Positions 1 to 10,129 of a DNA stretch of 64,000 nucleotides are shown one piece after another (the first letter of the stretch is position 1; every line of letters begins with the position of its first letter). The stretch spans positions 2,282-66,281 of the forward strand of contig CAZHDO010000001.1 in NCBI GenBank assembly GCA_964531375.1, given 5' to 3'. Origin of the DNA: an uncultured Candidatus Saccharibacteria bacterium. Lineage in GTDB: Bacteria; Patescibacteriota; Minisyncoccia; Phycocordibacterales; UBA12445. The notes under the pieces were generated by a model. The model had not been told where the DNA came from. It saw only the letters and a list, made by a program, of their open reading frames with translations, and ran no database searches. A program made the translations under genes and the position numbers.

Positions 1-1596
1 AGAAGAGTGAACGTCTGCGACTTTATAGTGAATTATTTTTGCTCCTTGTCTTGAGAGGTTGTCTTTTAGTTTTTGAACACTCTTTTCGTTTCCTGGAATG
101 ATTGAAGAAGACAAAAGCACAACATCGGTTTTGTTTATTTTTACATATTTATCTTTCTTTGTTGCCATTCTCATCAATGCGGCCATTTCATCTCCTTGGG
201 CTCCCGTTGCTAATATTACAATTTTATCTGGTGGATAATTATCGATATCTTCAGGTGGGATAATCGTCGTCGGCTTTATATCAAGCATTTTTATTTCAGT
301 CGCAATAGCAACATTTCCTTTCATGCTTTTACCTCTCAAGACAACCTTTTTCCCCAGTTCCTCTGATGTCTTAATGATGTAAATAATACGCTCAAGAAGA
401 GACGCGAACGTACCGATTATAAGCCTTCCTTTTGCCCCAGCGATTACGAGTTTTAGATTTTCATGAACCATTCTTTCTGAAAATGACCAGCCTGGCTTTT
501 CAACGTTTGTTGAATCCGCCAAAAGCACAAGATTATTTTCTGCACCAAGTTTGGAGTATGTATCAACTTCATGTTGAAGTGGTATATTATTGTCGTGATC
601 TATTTTTACATCTCCCGTAAACACAATATTTCCATATGGTGTTTCGATTATTACCCCCATAGATTCCGGGATTGTGTGTGTTACATTGAAAAATCTAACA
701 GTTAGAAATTCTCCAACTTTTATTCTGTTTTCCTTTTCAACAATTTTTAGGTCGAGTGCGGGAAGGTGAGAAAATTCTTCTTGCCTTTTCTTTATCATAA
801 GAGAGGGGAGGAATCGAGTATAAATTGGTGGATTTCCTAATCTCTCCATCATGTACGGTATTGCTCCTATGTGATCAAGATGTCCGTGTGTAATAAACAC
901 TCCTTTTATATTTTTTTTCTTTTTTTGAAGATATGTCGTGTCTGGAATAATGTAATCTACACCCGGAGTTTCTTCTCCTGGGAATTGAAGTCCCATGTCT
1001 ATGATTACAATATCTCCTTTATATTCTACGACTGTCATATTTTTACCAACCTCTTCAACACCACCAAGCGGAATAATTCTAATTATATCGTCATATGCCG
1101 TTGCGTTAAAAGATGAAGTTGCCTGCTCTTTTGGTTCTGTGGTTGTCTTGGTCGCAGTCGTTCTGTGTTTAAATAGGTTTGTGTGTGTTTGTGTTGTGTT
1201 CTTTGCTCTAATTGGCGTCCTGCTTAGGTAAGATGCTGTTTGTGCGCTATTTTTAAATTGTGCACCTGTCGCTGTGTTGGAGTTTTTACCATAATACGGT
1301 CTTTTCTGTTGTGGTGTTGTAGCGGTCTTTGCGAGAGAATTTGTCGTTTGGTTATTTGCAAGTGGTGCCAGACTGCTTGCCTTAGGTACAATAGCCCCAA
1401 GTACTATTGGTTTTTCCGGTTGTAGTGGGTTTTTGTTTGCTGTATGTGTATTTTTTGCGCTAGAAAAAGACCTTCTTGGTCCAGCGTGATATGGTTTACT
1501 ACCCTCATAAGGACGAGCCTTTCTTACTGGCTGTGTTGTTGGTGGTGTATTTGTAATTGGGGTCACACCTTCCTCCTTCTTTTCATTTGTCTCCAT
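1..1596 (-). CDS. rnj: Ribonuclease J (3' part outside window) with ~170-aa low-complexity N-terminal extension
   Basis: Manual translation from ATG at 1596 gives RIIPLGGVEEVGKNM from codon 173 and the metallo-beta-lactamase motif VFITHGHLDH; not in the ORF track because it runs off the window. Confidence 0.93.
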   Translation of the reverse strand, partial: METNEKKEEGVTPITNTPPTTQPVRKARPYEGSKPYHAGPRRSFSSAKNTHTANKNPLQPEKPIVLGAIVPKASSLAPLANNQTTNSLAKTATTPQQKRPYYGKNSNTATGAQFKNSAQTASYLSRTPIRAKNTTQTHTNLFKHRTTATKTTTEPKEQATSSFNATAYDDIIRIIPLGGVEEVGKNMTVVEYKGDIVIIDMGLQFPGEETPGVDYIIPDTTYLQKKKKNIKGVFITHGHLDHIGAIPYMMERLGNPPIYTRFLPSLMIKKRQEEFSHLPALDLKIVEKENRIKVGEFLTVRFFNVTHTIPESMGVIIETPYGNIVFTGDVKIDHDNNIPLQHEVDTYSKLGAENNLVLLADSTNVEKPGWSFSERMVHENLKLVIAGAKGRLIIGTFASLLERIIYIIKTSEELGKKVVLRGKSMKGNVAIATEIKMLDIKPTTIIPPEDIDNYPPDKIVILATGAQGDEMAALMRMATKKDKYVKINKTDVVLLSSSIIPGNEKSVQKLKDNLSRQGAKIIHYKVADVHSS

Positions 1597-1770
1597 TAAA
1601 TCTATCTTTATTATTCTTTTCTATTAATTTATCTTTTTAAAATTGTTTTTGTTATATTTAAAAAAGATGAAGATAATTTTTCTTATTTTTTCGACAAAAT
1701 AAGATCTTTTATTTTTTTTATTAGTTAAATGTGGGTAATGCTGTATTTTTAAAATCTATTGACTGAATTA

Positions 1771-3591
1771 TTATTCGAATATTTTCCAAACTTTTTCTGT
1801 TTTCATATACCAATCATAAACATTTAGAAATCTGTCTGATGCGGTAATTGGTGGTAGGATTTTAACACCTTTTATTTCTTGTGGAACTATGTATAGAAAA
1901 TGAGGGGAGTACACGAATGAAGCAGGAATGTCTTTTCCTATCTCACTTTGAAATTCTTGCAAAAGCTTTATTTTCTTTGCGCTGTCCCTCTCTGCTTTTA
2001 ATGATTCAAGTATTTTATCAACTTTTGCATTGGCGTACATTGCAATGTTTACTCCAGGATTTTTTCTTTGTGAAGAATGCCAGAAAGAGAATAAATCTAA
2101 GTCTCGCCCAACAATTTCTCCGAAGAAAAGAGCGTCATATTTTCTTGGTTCGATTACGTTTCTATCCAAGTCTCCTTTTTCGAATATTTGAAGATTTACC
2201 TTAACACCAATCTTTTCCCAATCAGATTTTATAATCTCAGCTGCCGCTTTTAGTTCTGTAAAGTCTATTGTGGTAAGACCAACCTCCAGTGTCATTTTTT
2301 CTTTGGAAGAGATTTTTTTCTCAAGAAGTTGCGTTTTTTCATTAAGCTTCCAGCCGTCTTTTGCGAGAATTTGTTTTGCTTCCTCGGTGTTTTCCGTGGA
2401 AGTACTATTAGCTTCATTTGTATTTATTTTTCTTAGATCTATTGCGCCTGGTGGAATTGGGCCTGTGGTTTCTGTTCCGTATCCAAGTAAAATTTTATCG
2501 ATAATGTTCTGTCTATTGATTGCTGTATCGAGCGCTAATCTTACATTTTTGTTTGCTAAAACTTTTGATTGGTTTTGATTGTAAAATACTGCGAGAATTC
2601 TCGGTAAGTTTGATTCAACCATTTGATTTGAATTACTTTGAATCTCTTCTATGATTTTGGGGGAAACAGCATTCATGCTGTTTATTTCTCCATTTTTGTA
2701 AGCAGTATAGAGATTTTCTTGGTTGGAATAAAATTTTAAGGTTATTTTACTGATTTTCGGCTCACCTAAAACGTAATCCTTAAAAGGAACTAATTCTATA
2801 TAGTTTGGATTACCGCTAGAGATATCTTTTGATATTTTTTTAAATTTATATGGACCTGTTCCAATAGGTTTTGAAATATTTAGGTCGTTGTGTACGAATT
2901 TGTCTGAGTCTACATTTTTCCATTTGTGTTTTGGTAAAATTCCCATGGTTGCATTTTCAAGGAAAGACTGAAATGGTTGTTTTAGTGTAAATTTAATTTC
3001 TTTATCTGAAATTTTTGTGACAGTTACACCTTCCCAAATGGCTCTTTTTGGGCTTCTAAGTACAGGGTCTCTTGCTTTTTGAATTGTAAATTCAATATCG
3101 TCGGAGGTTACTGGTTCACCATCTTGCCATATTGCATCTTTTTTGATTGTAAAAGTGTATTCGAGTCCGTCGGTAGATATTTCATATTTTTCTGACAGAT
3201 CATTTATGTAATTTCCATTTTCAGTTGGTCTTAATAATCCTGAATATACCAACGCAGATAGATCTCTGTCGGCTTCTCCTGTTGCAAGCAGGGGGTTGAT
3301 AAACCTTGGTATGTCAGAAATACCCTCGATAAGTTCACCACCCTTTACTGGCTTTATAACCATAAAGCTTTCATTAATATCCCATAGGACATAGGAGGTT
3401 GTTCCTATGAACAAAAAAAGGAAAACCCAGAAGAAAAACCTTTCTAGTTTAGAAAAAGTCTTTGTTGCTGTTTTTAATTCTCCTTTTGTTGGTAAATCTT
3501 GAAGCATAAAACTTAGCCGGCTGTTTTTTAAAAAGTTGGGAGTCGGTATGTTAATTTCTTTTTTTAAAAGAGAAATAATTTTTTCTTTCAC
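1771..3591 (-). CDS. ABC transporter substrate-binding protein, family 5 (OppA/DppA-like), membrane-anchored
   Basis: N-terminal TM helix; motifs YTFTIKKDAIWQDGEPVTSDDIEFT and PIGTGPYKF. Confidence 0.88.
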   Translation of the reverse strand: MKEKIISLLKKEINIPTPNFLKNSRLSFMLQDLPTKGELKTATKTFSKLERFFFWVFLFLFIGTTSYVLWDINESFMVIKPVKGGELIEGISDIPRFINPLLATGEADRDLSALVYSGLLRPTENGNYINDLSEKYEISTDGLEYTFTIKKDAIWQDGEPVTSDDIEFTIQKARDPVLRSPKRAIWEGVTVTKISDKEIKFTLKQPFQSFLENATMGILPKHKWKNVDSDKFVHNDLNISKPIGTGPYKFKKISKDISSGNPNYIELVPFKDYVLGEPKISKITLKFYSNQENLYTAYKNGEINSMNAVSPKIIEEIQSNSNQMVESNLPRILAVFYNQNQSKVLANKNVRLALDTAINRQNIIDKILLGYGTETTGPIPPGAIDLRKINTNEANSTSTENTEEAKQILAKDGWKLNEKTQLLEKKISSKEKMTLEVGLTTIDFTELKAAAEIIKSDWEKIGVKVNLQIFEKGDLDRNVIEPRKYDALFFGEIVGRDLDLFSFWHSSQRKNPGVNIAMYANAKVDKILESLKAERDSAKKIKLLQEFQSEIGKDIPASFVYSPHFLYIVPQEIKGVKILPPITASDRFLNVYDWYMKTEKVWKIFE

Positions 3592-3665
3592 AGTTCTTTT
3601 CAGTGGTTAAACGATTTTCCACTTATTTGAATTATATTTTAGATAATATCCAAAATCAGAGTCAA

Positions 3666-3893
3666 TTAGAAGGTGGAAGTCGAGACTGCAAGAAGGGCTG
3701 AAATCGCAAATAATACAGCGATTACAATGGAAGCCATAAAAATGACCTTTTCTACTCCTCTTTTTGTTCTTATTTGACCCCCGCTCATATTTCCAGACAT
3801 GCCGGATTCGTTTTGTTGAAGAAGAATAACCCCAATCAATAGGGCTGATAATCCGATTTGTATCCAGGGAAGTATTGGTGTGATTTTTTCCAT
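3666..3893 (-). CDS. secG: Preprotein translocase subunit SecG
   Basis: Two TM helices around LLQQNESGMSG...TKRGVEK; ATG at 3893 chosen as start. Confidence 0.88.
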   Translation of the reverse strand: MEKITPILPWIQIGLSALLIGVILLQQNESGMSGNMSGGQIRTKRGVEKVIFMASIVIAVLFAISALLAVSTSTF

Positions 3894-3997
3894 TTCCGAC
3901 AATATAGCATAAGTAAGAGCAAAAGACAATACTTGCACACCGTTTATCCTTGTTTTGGGCCGAATATCAATAGTTTTGTGTTGTTGTGTTTAAAATA

Positions 3998-4025
3998 TTG
4001 ACTACCAGATTTGGGTGGTTATAAT
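3998..4025 (+). promoter_or_regulatory. Sigma70-type promoter of groES-groEL
   Basis: TTGACT-16nt-TATAAT upstream of groES; no CIRCE element seen. Confidence 0.6.
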
Positions 4026-4078
4026 GGTGCCATTATCAATCAATGGGCAATATGCCCTTAAGCTCAACAATAAAAAAA

Positions 4079-4393
4079 ATGAGTAAAAAAATTACATTAA
4101 AACCACTTCAAGATAGGGTATTAGTTGAGGCGTTAAGTGAGCATGAAAGAGGAAAAGAGACTAAGAGTGGGATTTTTATACCAGAGACAGCTGAAAAGGA
4201 GAGAGCTGAAAGAGGAACTGTTATTGCTGTCGGTCCTGGTAAAATGAACGACGAAGGAAAAATTATACCTATGTCTGTCACTGTGGGTGACAAAGTTATT
4301 TTTTCAAAATATGGTCCTGATGAAATAAAAGTTGACGGAAAAGAGTATTTTATTTTAAGCGAGACAAATATTCTCGCGATCGTTACTGAATAA
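4079..4393 (+). CDS. groES: Co-chaperonin GroES
   Basis: LKPLQDRVLV, TKSGIFIP, GTVIAVGPG, VGDKVIFSKY motifs. Confidence 0.97.
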   Translation: MSKKITLKPLQDRVLVEALSEHERGKETKSGIFIPETAEKERAERGTVIAVGPGKMNDEGKIIPMSVTVGDKVIFSKYGPDEIKVDGKEYFILSETNILAIVTE

Positions 4394-4473
4394 TTTGCTG
4401 TATGAACCTTTTGTCGTTTCGAGAGTAAAGCCCAGCATCAAGAAAACAATCTCGAGTGAATCAGATTGAAATC

Positions 4474-4501
4474 CGTAATTATTAATTCGTAATTCTTAAT
4501 T
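4474..4501 (+). repeat. Four tandem degenerate heptamers (nnTAATT)
   Basis: cgtaatt-attaatt-cgtaatt-cttaatt directly upstream of groEL. Confidence 0.6.
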
Positions 4502-4509
4502 AAATATCT

Positions 4510-6165
4510 ATGGCAAAACAAATAGTATATAACAACGATGCACGTCAAGCCTTAAAAAGAGGCGTTGACAAGGTTGCAAATGCTGTAAAGATAACAATAG
4601 GTCCAAAAGGCAAGAACGCTGTTATTGATAAGGGCTACGGCGCGCCGATAATCACAAACGACGGGGTTTCTATTGCAAAAGAAATTACTCTTTCAGATAA
4701 GATTGAGAATATGGGTGCTGAAATTGTGAAAGATGTCGCAGGGAAGGCAAATGATGTCGCTGGGGACGGCACAACAACTGCTGTTATTCTAACCCAGGCT
4801 ATTGTTGACGAGGGTTTTAAGAGGATTTCGCTCGGAGTAAATGCTATGGGGGTTCGAACTGGTATCGAGCATGCCACCAGAGCTGTTGTCGCCGAGCTTT
4901 TGAAAATGGCTAAGCCAATAAAGAACAGAAATGAGATAGTACAGGTTGCAACAATTTCCTCTGAATCAAAAGAATTTGGCGAAATAATTGCTGATGCTAT
5001 TGATAAGGTTGGAAAGGATGGTGTTGTGACAGTAGAGGAGTCTCAGTCTTTTGGAGTTGAATCTGAAGTTGTCGAGGGGATGCAGTTTGAGAAGGGTTAT
5101 TCTTCTCCATATATGGTTACAAATACAGAAAGAATGGAGGCTGAATACGAAGAAGCGCTTATTTTAATTACAGACAAGAAAATTTCTTCTATCAAAGAAA
5201 TTCTGCCTTTACTTGAAAAAATCGCCGCTACTGGAAAAAAGGAATTGGTAATAATTTCTGAGGATTTGGATGGCGATGCTCTTACCACTCTTGTTGTAAA
5301 TAAAATAAGAGGTTCATTTAGCGCTCTTGCTGTGAAGGCTCCTGGTTTTGGTGACAGAAGAAAAGAGATGCTTGAAGATATTGCAATAATGACAGGAGGA
5401 AAAGTTATTTCTGAAGAGGTTGGCTTGAAATTAGACGTGGCTACGATGGATTTGTTAGGTAAGGCTCGAAAAGTTGTTTCTACTAAAGAAATGACAACGA
5501 TTATCGGAGGGAAAGGGAAGAAGGCTAATATAGACGCAAGAATTGGGCAGATTAAGACTCAGATTGAGAATACTGAATCAACTTATGACAAAGAAAAACT
5601 CCAAGAAAGACTTGGTAAGCTTTCCGGTGGAGTTGCCGTAATTAAGGTTGGTGCTGCTACGGAAGCCGATATGAAGTATAAGAAATTAAAGATTGAAGAT
5701 GCTGTTGAGGCCACCAAAGCCGCTATTGAAGAGGGCATTGTTGCTGGTGGAGGGACCGCTCTGGTCAGAGCAATGGTAAAAGTTTCTGCAAATGGTGTGC
5801 AGAGTCCTTCGGAAGATATCAAAATTGAATTCGATGCTGGTGTTGCCGTGTTGCTTCATTCACTACAAGCTCCACTTAGACAGATTGCTATAAATGCCGG
5901 AAAGGATGATGGCCTTGTTATTGTAGATAAAATTAAGAATGGTAAAGACAATGAAGGATATGACGCCAATAAAGATAAAATTGTAAAAGATATGGTAACC
6001 GCAGGAATTATTGACCCTGTTAAAGTTACGAGAACAGCACTTGAACACTCAGCCTCCGCTGCCGCAATACTTCTTACAACAGAAGTCGCTATTGCCGAAG
6101 AACCTGTCAAAAAAGAAGAGCCAAGAGGCGGTGGCCATAGCCACGACGAAGAAATGGGTTACTAA
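4510..6165 (+). CDS. groEL: Chaperonin GroEL
   Basis: TIGPKG, ITNDGVSIAKEI, AGDGTTTA, GIIDPVKVTR motifs. Confidence 0.99.
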   Translation: MAKQIVYNNDARQALKRGVDKVANAVKITIGPKGKNAVIDKGYGAPIITNDGVSIAKEITLSDKIENMGAEIVKDVAGKANDVAGDGTTTAVILTQAIVDEGFKRISLGVNAMGVRTGIEHATRAVVAELLKMAKPIKNRNEIVQVATISSESKEFGEIIADAIDKVGKDGVVTVEESQSFGVESEVVEGMQFEKGYSSPYMVTNTERMEAEYEEALILITDKKISSIKEILPLLEKIAATGKKELVIISEDLDGDALTTLVVNKIRGSFSALAVKAPGFGDRRKEMLEDIAIMTGGKVISEEVGLKLDVATMDLLGKARKVVSTKEMTTIIGGKGKKANIDARIGQIKTQIENTESTYDKEKLQERLGKLSGGVAVIKVGAATEADMKYKKLKIEDAVEATKAAIEEGIVAGGGTALVRAMVKVSANGVQSPSEDIKIEFDAGVAVLLHSLQAPLRQIAINAGKDDGLVIVDKIKNGKDNEGYDANKDKIVKDMVTAGIIDPVKVTRTALEHSASAAAILLTTEVAIAEEPVKKEEPRGGGHSHDEEMGY

Positions 6166-6214
6166 ACCTGTTTGCAGTTTAAGTTTCTGGGTTAAAAATT
6201 AATTAACCATTCGC

Positions 6215-6247
6215 GAAACGTCGTTTCCTTTTTGGAAACGACGTTTC
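6215..6247 (+). terminator. Hairpin after groEL, likely intrinsic terminator
   Basis: Perfect 14-bp inverted repeat gaaacgtcgtttcc-ttttt-ggaaacgacgtttc. Confidence 0.75.
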
Positions 6248-6315
6248 TTATTTACCACTTATTCTGCCGTTTGGCGAACTTTTTATTTTAAGTATATTTT
6301 GCTATATTTATTCCT

Positions 6316-6918
6316 GTGAAAACATACGCATTTATAGACGTACAAAATACTTCCATTACAACTGAAAAATTATTAGGATTTAAGGTGGACTTGGTAAGGT
6401 TTTATGATTTTTTAAGGAAAGATTGGGGATGTGATGAAGTTTATTTGTATACGGGTTTCGATAAAAATGACATAGAATTAATTGAGGATTTAAAAACCCT
6501 GAAAGATAATGGATGTTTTGTTAGAGCAAAAGAATTTTGTTTATATAAAAATAAAGATAAAAGAATAAATATTATTTGTCCAAAATGTCAAAATAAATTT
6601 AGTAATGATGTCGATATGGGTTATAATAAAAAAGCAAATTGCGATGTAGATCTGACGGCAGATGCGATTGGTGTCGTCGAATCAGGAGACGAGGTATTTC
6701 TTTTTTCTGGCGATGGCGATTTTGAATATTTAGTAAGAAAATTTGTAGGAAATAAAACCTCTGTGCATATTGTTTCCAGTGCAAAGAAAATTAGAACAAG
6801 CTCTTCTTATTTTACTTCCAGGTTTTCAACAAAATTGAGGAAATTAATAAATGAATCAGGAAAGCCAGTCAATTTTATTGATATAAATAATATTAAGTTT
6901 AAGATAAATAGGGCCTAA
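6316..6918 (+). CDS. NYN-domain (LabA/DUF88, PIN-like) putative ribonuclease with CxxC insertion
   Basis: FIDVQN, KANCDVDL and SGDGDF acidic motifs; ICPKC insert. Confidence 0.85.
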   Translation: MKTYAFIDVQNTSITTEKLLGFKVDLVRFYDFLRKDWGCDEVYLYTGFDKNDIELIEDLKTLKDNGCFVRAKEFCLYKNKDKRINIICPKCQNKFSNDVDMGYNKKANCDVDLTADAIGVVESGDEVFLFSGDGDFEYLVRKFVGNKTSVHIVSSAKKIRTSSSYFTSRFSTKLRKLINESGKPVNFIDINNIKFKINRA

Positions 6919-6990
6919 AAACGAAAAGGCCACGAAGCGTGACCTTTCCTAATGACCTCGTAATAGTAACAATACAAGGAAAATAAGTCA

Positions 6991-8040
6991 ATGAAATTGT
7001 TAATAATAACCCAAAAAGTAGATAAAAACGATGACATATTAGGGTTTTTTCATAATTGGCTTTTGGAATTTTCAAAGAGGTGTGAAAAATTAACTGTAAT
7101 TTGTCTGCAAAAAGGCGAATACGATTTACCGGAAAATGTTAAGGTCTTTTCTCTTGGTAAAGAAGAAGGCGAATTAAGAATTAAGTACGTCTTAAATTTT
7201 TGGAAATATATTTGGCAGGAACGCAAAAATTACGATTCAGTTTTTGTACACATGAATCCTGAATACGTTGTCTTGGGTGGGTTATTTTGGAGGTTAATTG
7301 GTAAGAAAATTTCATTATGGTATACCCACAAAAGCGTTGATTTGAAATTAAAAATAGCAGAAAAATTTTCCAATATTATTTTTACTGTTTCTAAAGAAAG
7401 TTTTCGAATGAAGACAAATAAATTAAAGGTTGTTGGACATGGTATTCCTGTTGAAAAATTTAAAAACCAAGGTAATTTAGTTTACAAAAAAGATGCTGTT
7501 TTAAAAATTATAAGTGTTGGAAGAATTACGCCGATTAAAAATCTAGACACGTTGATAAACGCCTGTGAAATTTTAAAGAAAAATGGTTTAAATTTTGCAG
7601 TTTCTTTGATCGGGCCAGTGGTGGACGAAAAAGACAGAAAGTATTTTGAATATTTAAAACAACTAATCTCAGAGAAAGATTTAGATAAAGAAATAAAATT
7701 TTTAGGAAGTATCCCAAATAATAAGCTTGCTGAATTTTATTGGCAAAACGATTTTAGTATAAATTTATGCCCAACTGGCGGGGTTGATAAAGCTATTCTT
7801 GAATCAATGGCTTCAGGACTTATTACTCTAGCTTCAAATATTGCTTTTGAGGAATATTTTGGAGAATATAAAGAAGATTTAATGTTTAAGGAAAAAGACG
7901 AAAAAGATCTTGCGGCTAAGATAATGAAATTAATTTCCACAGACGATTTAGTGAGAATTAAGAATTTTCTACTGTCTTCTGTTAAAGAAAAAACTGATTT
8001 AGATAAATTACTATTGAGAATAATTAATGAAATTAAATGA
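6991..8040 (+). CDS. Glycosyltransferase family 4
   Basis: GT-B motifs VGRITPIKN and DKAILESMASG. Confidence 0.9.
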   Translation: MKLLIITQKVDKNDDILGFFHNWLLEFSKRCEKLTVICLQKGEYDLPENVKVFSLGKEEGELRIKYVLNFWKYIWQERKNYDSVFVHMNPEYVVLGGLFWRLIGKKISLWYTHKSVDLKLKIAEKFSNIIFTVSKESFRMKTNKLKVVGHGIPVEKFKNQGNLVYKKDAVLKIISVGRITPIKNLDTLINACEILKKNGLNFAVSLIGPVVDEKDRKYFEYLKQLISEKDLDKEIKFLGSIPNNKLAEFYWQNDFSINLCPTGGVDKAILESMASGLITLASNIAFEEYFGEYKEDLMFKEKDEKDLAAKIMKLISTDDLVRIKNFLLSSVKEKTDLDKLLLRIINEIK

Positions 8041-9092
8041 GAATTTGTTATTTTGGTATTTATAATCCAGATTATAGTCGAAATAAAATTATTATGTCTG
8101 GTTTAAGGAGTAATGGGGTCGATGTTTTAGAATGCAATACAAGAAAAAAGGGAGTTTTAAAATATTTCGATCTTGTTTTAAAACATTGGAAAATTAGAAA
8201 AAATTACGACGTGATGATTGTTGGTTATCCTGGGTTTCAGTCTGTGATTTTAGCTAGATTTTTAACAACAAAACCGTTAATTTTCGATGCTTTTTTGTCT
8301 ATGTTTGACTCTATGGTGTTGGATAGGAAAAAGGTTGCGTTAAATAGCTTTCGTGCGAAATATTTTTGGTGGTTGGATAAGATATCTATGAGTGTGGCTG
8401 ATCTGGTTTTAATAGACACAAATGAACATAAAAAATATTTATCAAAAGAGTTCGGTTTTAGTGATAAAAAAATAGAAAGGGTCTTTATTGGTGCTGATAC
8501 TGATATTTTTACTCCAAAAGAACCCAGAAAAAGTGATGGTTTTTTTAGAGTTCTATTTTTTGGTACTTATATTCCGTTGCAAGGAATAGAATATATCATT
8601 AAGGCAGCAAAAAAATTAGAGACTCGAAAAGATATAAAATTTGAAATAATCGGTAAGGGACAAGAAAAAGATAAAATACTAAAATTAACCAGCGAAATGG
8701 ATATTTTAAATATTAATTTTGTTGATAGTTTACCACAAAGAGAACTTCAAGATAGGGTTGCTTTTGCAGATGTTTGTCTTGGAATATTCGGAAATACTGA
8801 AAAAACAAAAAGAGTTATACCAAATAAGGTTTATGAGTGTGTCGCTATGAAAAAGGCCGTTATAACAGCTGATACTTTGGCAGAGAGGGAGCTTTTTGAT
8901 GAAGGTGAATTATTTTTTGTAAAAGTTGCAGATGCTGATTCTATTGTAGAAGCAATAATTAAGCTTAAGGAAAATAGTTCACTTTTGAAAAGTATTGCAG
9001 TGAGTGGGTATAATAAATTTACAAAAGAAGCTACTCCTAATAGAATAGGAATATATTTGCTCGAGATTATAAAACAAAAATATGGAAAATAA
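8037..9092 (+). CDS. Glycosyltransferase family 4
   Basis: FFGTYIPLQGIE and IPNKVYECVAMKKAVITAD. Confidence 0.88.
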   Translation: MRICYFGIYNPDYSRNKIIMSGLRSNGVDVLECNTRKKGVLKYFDLVLKHWKIRKNYDVMIVGYPGFQSVILARFLTTKPLIFDAFLSMFDSMVLDRKKVALNSFRAKYFWWLDKISMSVADLVLIDTNEHKKYLSKEFGFSDKKIERVFIGADTDIFTPKEPRKSDGFFRVLFFGTYIPLQGIEYIIKAAKKLETRKDIKFEIIGKGQEKDKILKLTSEMDILNINFVDSLPQRELQDRVAFADVCLGIFGNTEKTKRVIPNKVYECVAMKKAVITADTLAERELFDEGELFFVKVADADSIVEAIIKLKENSSLLKSIAVSGYNKFTKEATPNRIGIYLLEIIKQKYGK

Positions 9093-10119
9093 TAAAATAA
9101 AAATCCTAGTTACAGGTTCTGCTGGTTTTATGGGTAGCCATCTTGTCGATGGCTTAGAGAAACTTGGACACGAAGTTTATGGAGTTGATGACCTTTCTGG
9201 CGGTTTTATGAGGAATGTTTCTAATAAGAAAAATTTTACAAAATTAGACCTTCGAGACAGGAAAAAGACCGCTAATTATATTGATAAATTAAAACCAGAG
9301 ATGATATTTCATCTTGCGGCCGATGCAACGGAGGGTAGAAGCCAGTTTACACCCTTTAGTGCCTTAGATAGAAACATCGGCGCATATATGAATCTTTTGG
9401 TTCCAGCAATAAAGAACGGTCTTAAAAAGATGGTTTTGACTAGTTCGATGAGTGTATACGGTGCACAACAAGTTCCTTTTGATGAAACCATGATCACACA
9501 ACCAGAAGACGTGTATGGATCTGCCAAGGCTTCAATGGAGATTTGTACAAGGGTTTTATCTAATGTTTATGGATATAGATATTTAATAATAAGGCCTCAT
9601 AATGTTTTTGGGCCAAGGCAAAACCTTTCTGATCCATATAGAAATGTTATTGGTATATTCTTGAATAGACTATTACACAATAAAAGTTTTTATATATATG
9701 GAGATGGTAAACAAAAAAGAGCTTTTTCTTATATTAATGACACGATACCACCAATGATTAGAGCTGCTTTTAATAAAAAATGCGAAGGTAAGACAATGAA
9801 TGTTGGAGGAGAAGAGGCAATTACCTTAAACCAACTTGCTAAAATAATTACGGAAGAATTTTTTGGGACAAAAGAAATTCCAAAGGAATTTATTCCGACA
9901 CATCTCCCGGGCAGACCACAAGAGGTTAAATATGCATACTCTAATCATGACCTAGCTTTGAAATTAATGGGTTTTAAACCAGAAACATCACTAAGGGATG
10001 GGTTGCGAGAGATGATAAAATGGGCCAAAGAAATAGGTCCGCAGGAGTTTGTTTATTTAAAAGAGCTTGATTTGGAAAATGATTTAGTTCCAAAGACATG
10101 GAAAGATAAACTTCTTTAA
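9082..10119 (+). CDS. NAD-dependent nucleotide-sugar epimerase/dehydratase
   Basis: GSAGFMG Rossmann motif, YGSAK catalytic motif, NVFGPRQ. Confidence 0.92.
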   Translation: MENNKIKILVTGSAGFMGSHLVDGLEKLGHEVYGVDDLSGGFMRNVSNKKNFTKLDLRDRKKTANYIDKLKPEMIFHLAADATEGRSQFTPFSALDRNIGAYMNLLVPAIKNGLKKMVLTSSMSVYGAQQVPFDETMITQPEDVYGSAKASMEICTRVLSNVYGYRYLIIRPHNVFGPRQNLSDPYRNVIGIFLNRLLHNKSFYIYGDGKQKRAFSYINDTIPPMIRAAFNKKCEGKTMNVGGEEAITLNQLAKIITEEFFGTKEIPKEFIPTHLPGRPQEVKYAYSNHDLALKLMGFKPETSLRDGLREMIKWAKEIGPQEFVYLKELDLENDLVPKTWKDKLL

Positions 10120-10129
10120 AATAATAATT

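Noticed and set aside
432-1425. Four short + strand ORFs
   Set aside because: Antisense shadows of rnj; the same applies to most short ORFs nested opposite long genes in the track.
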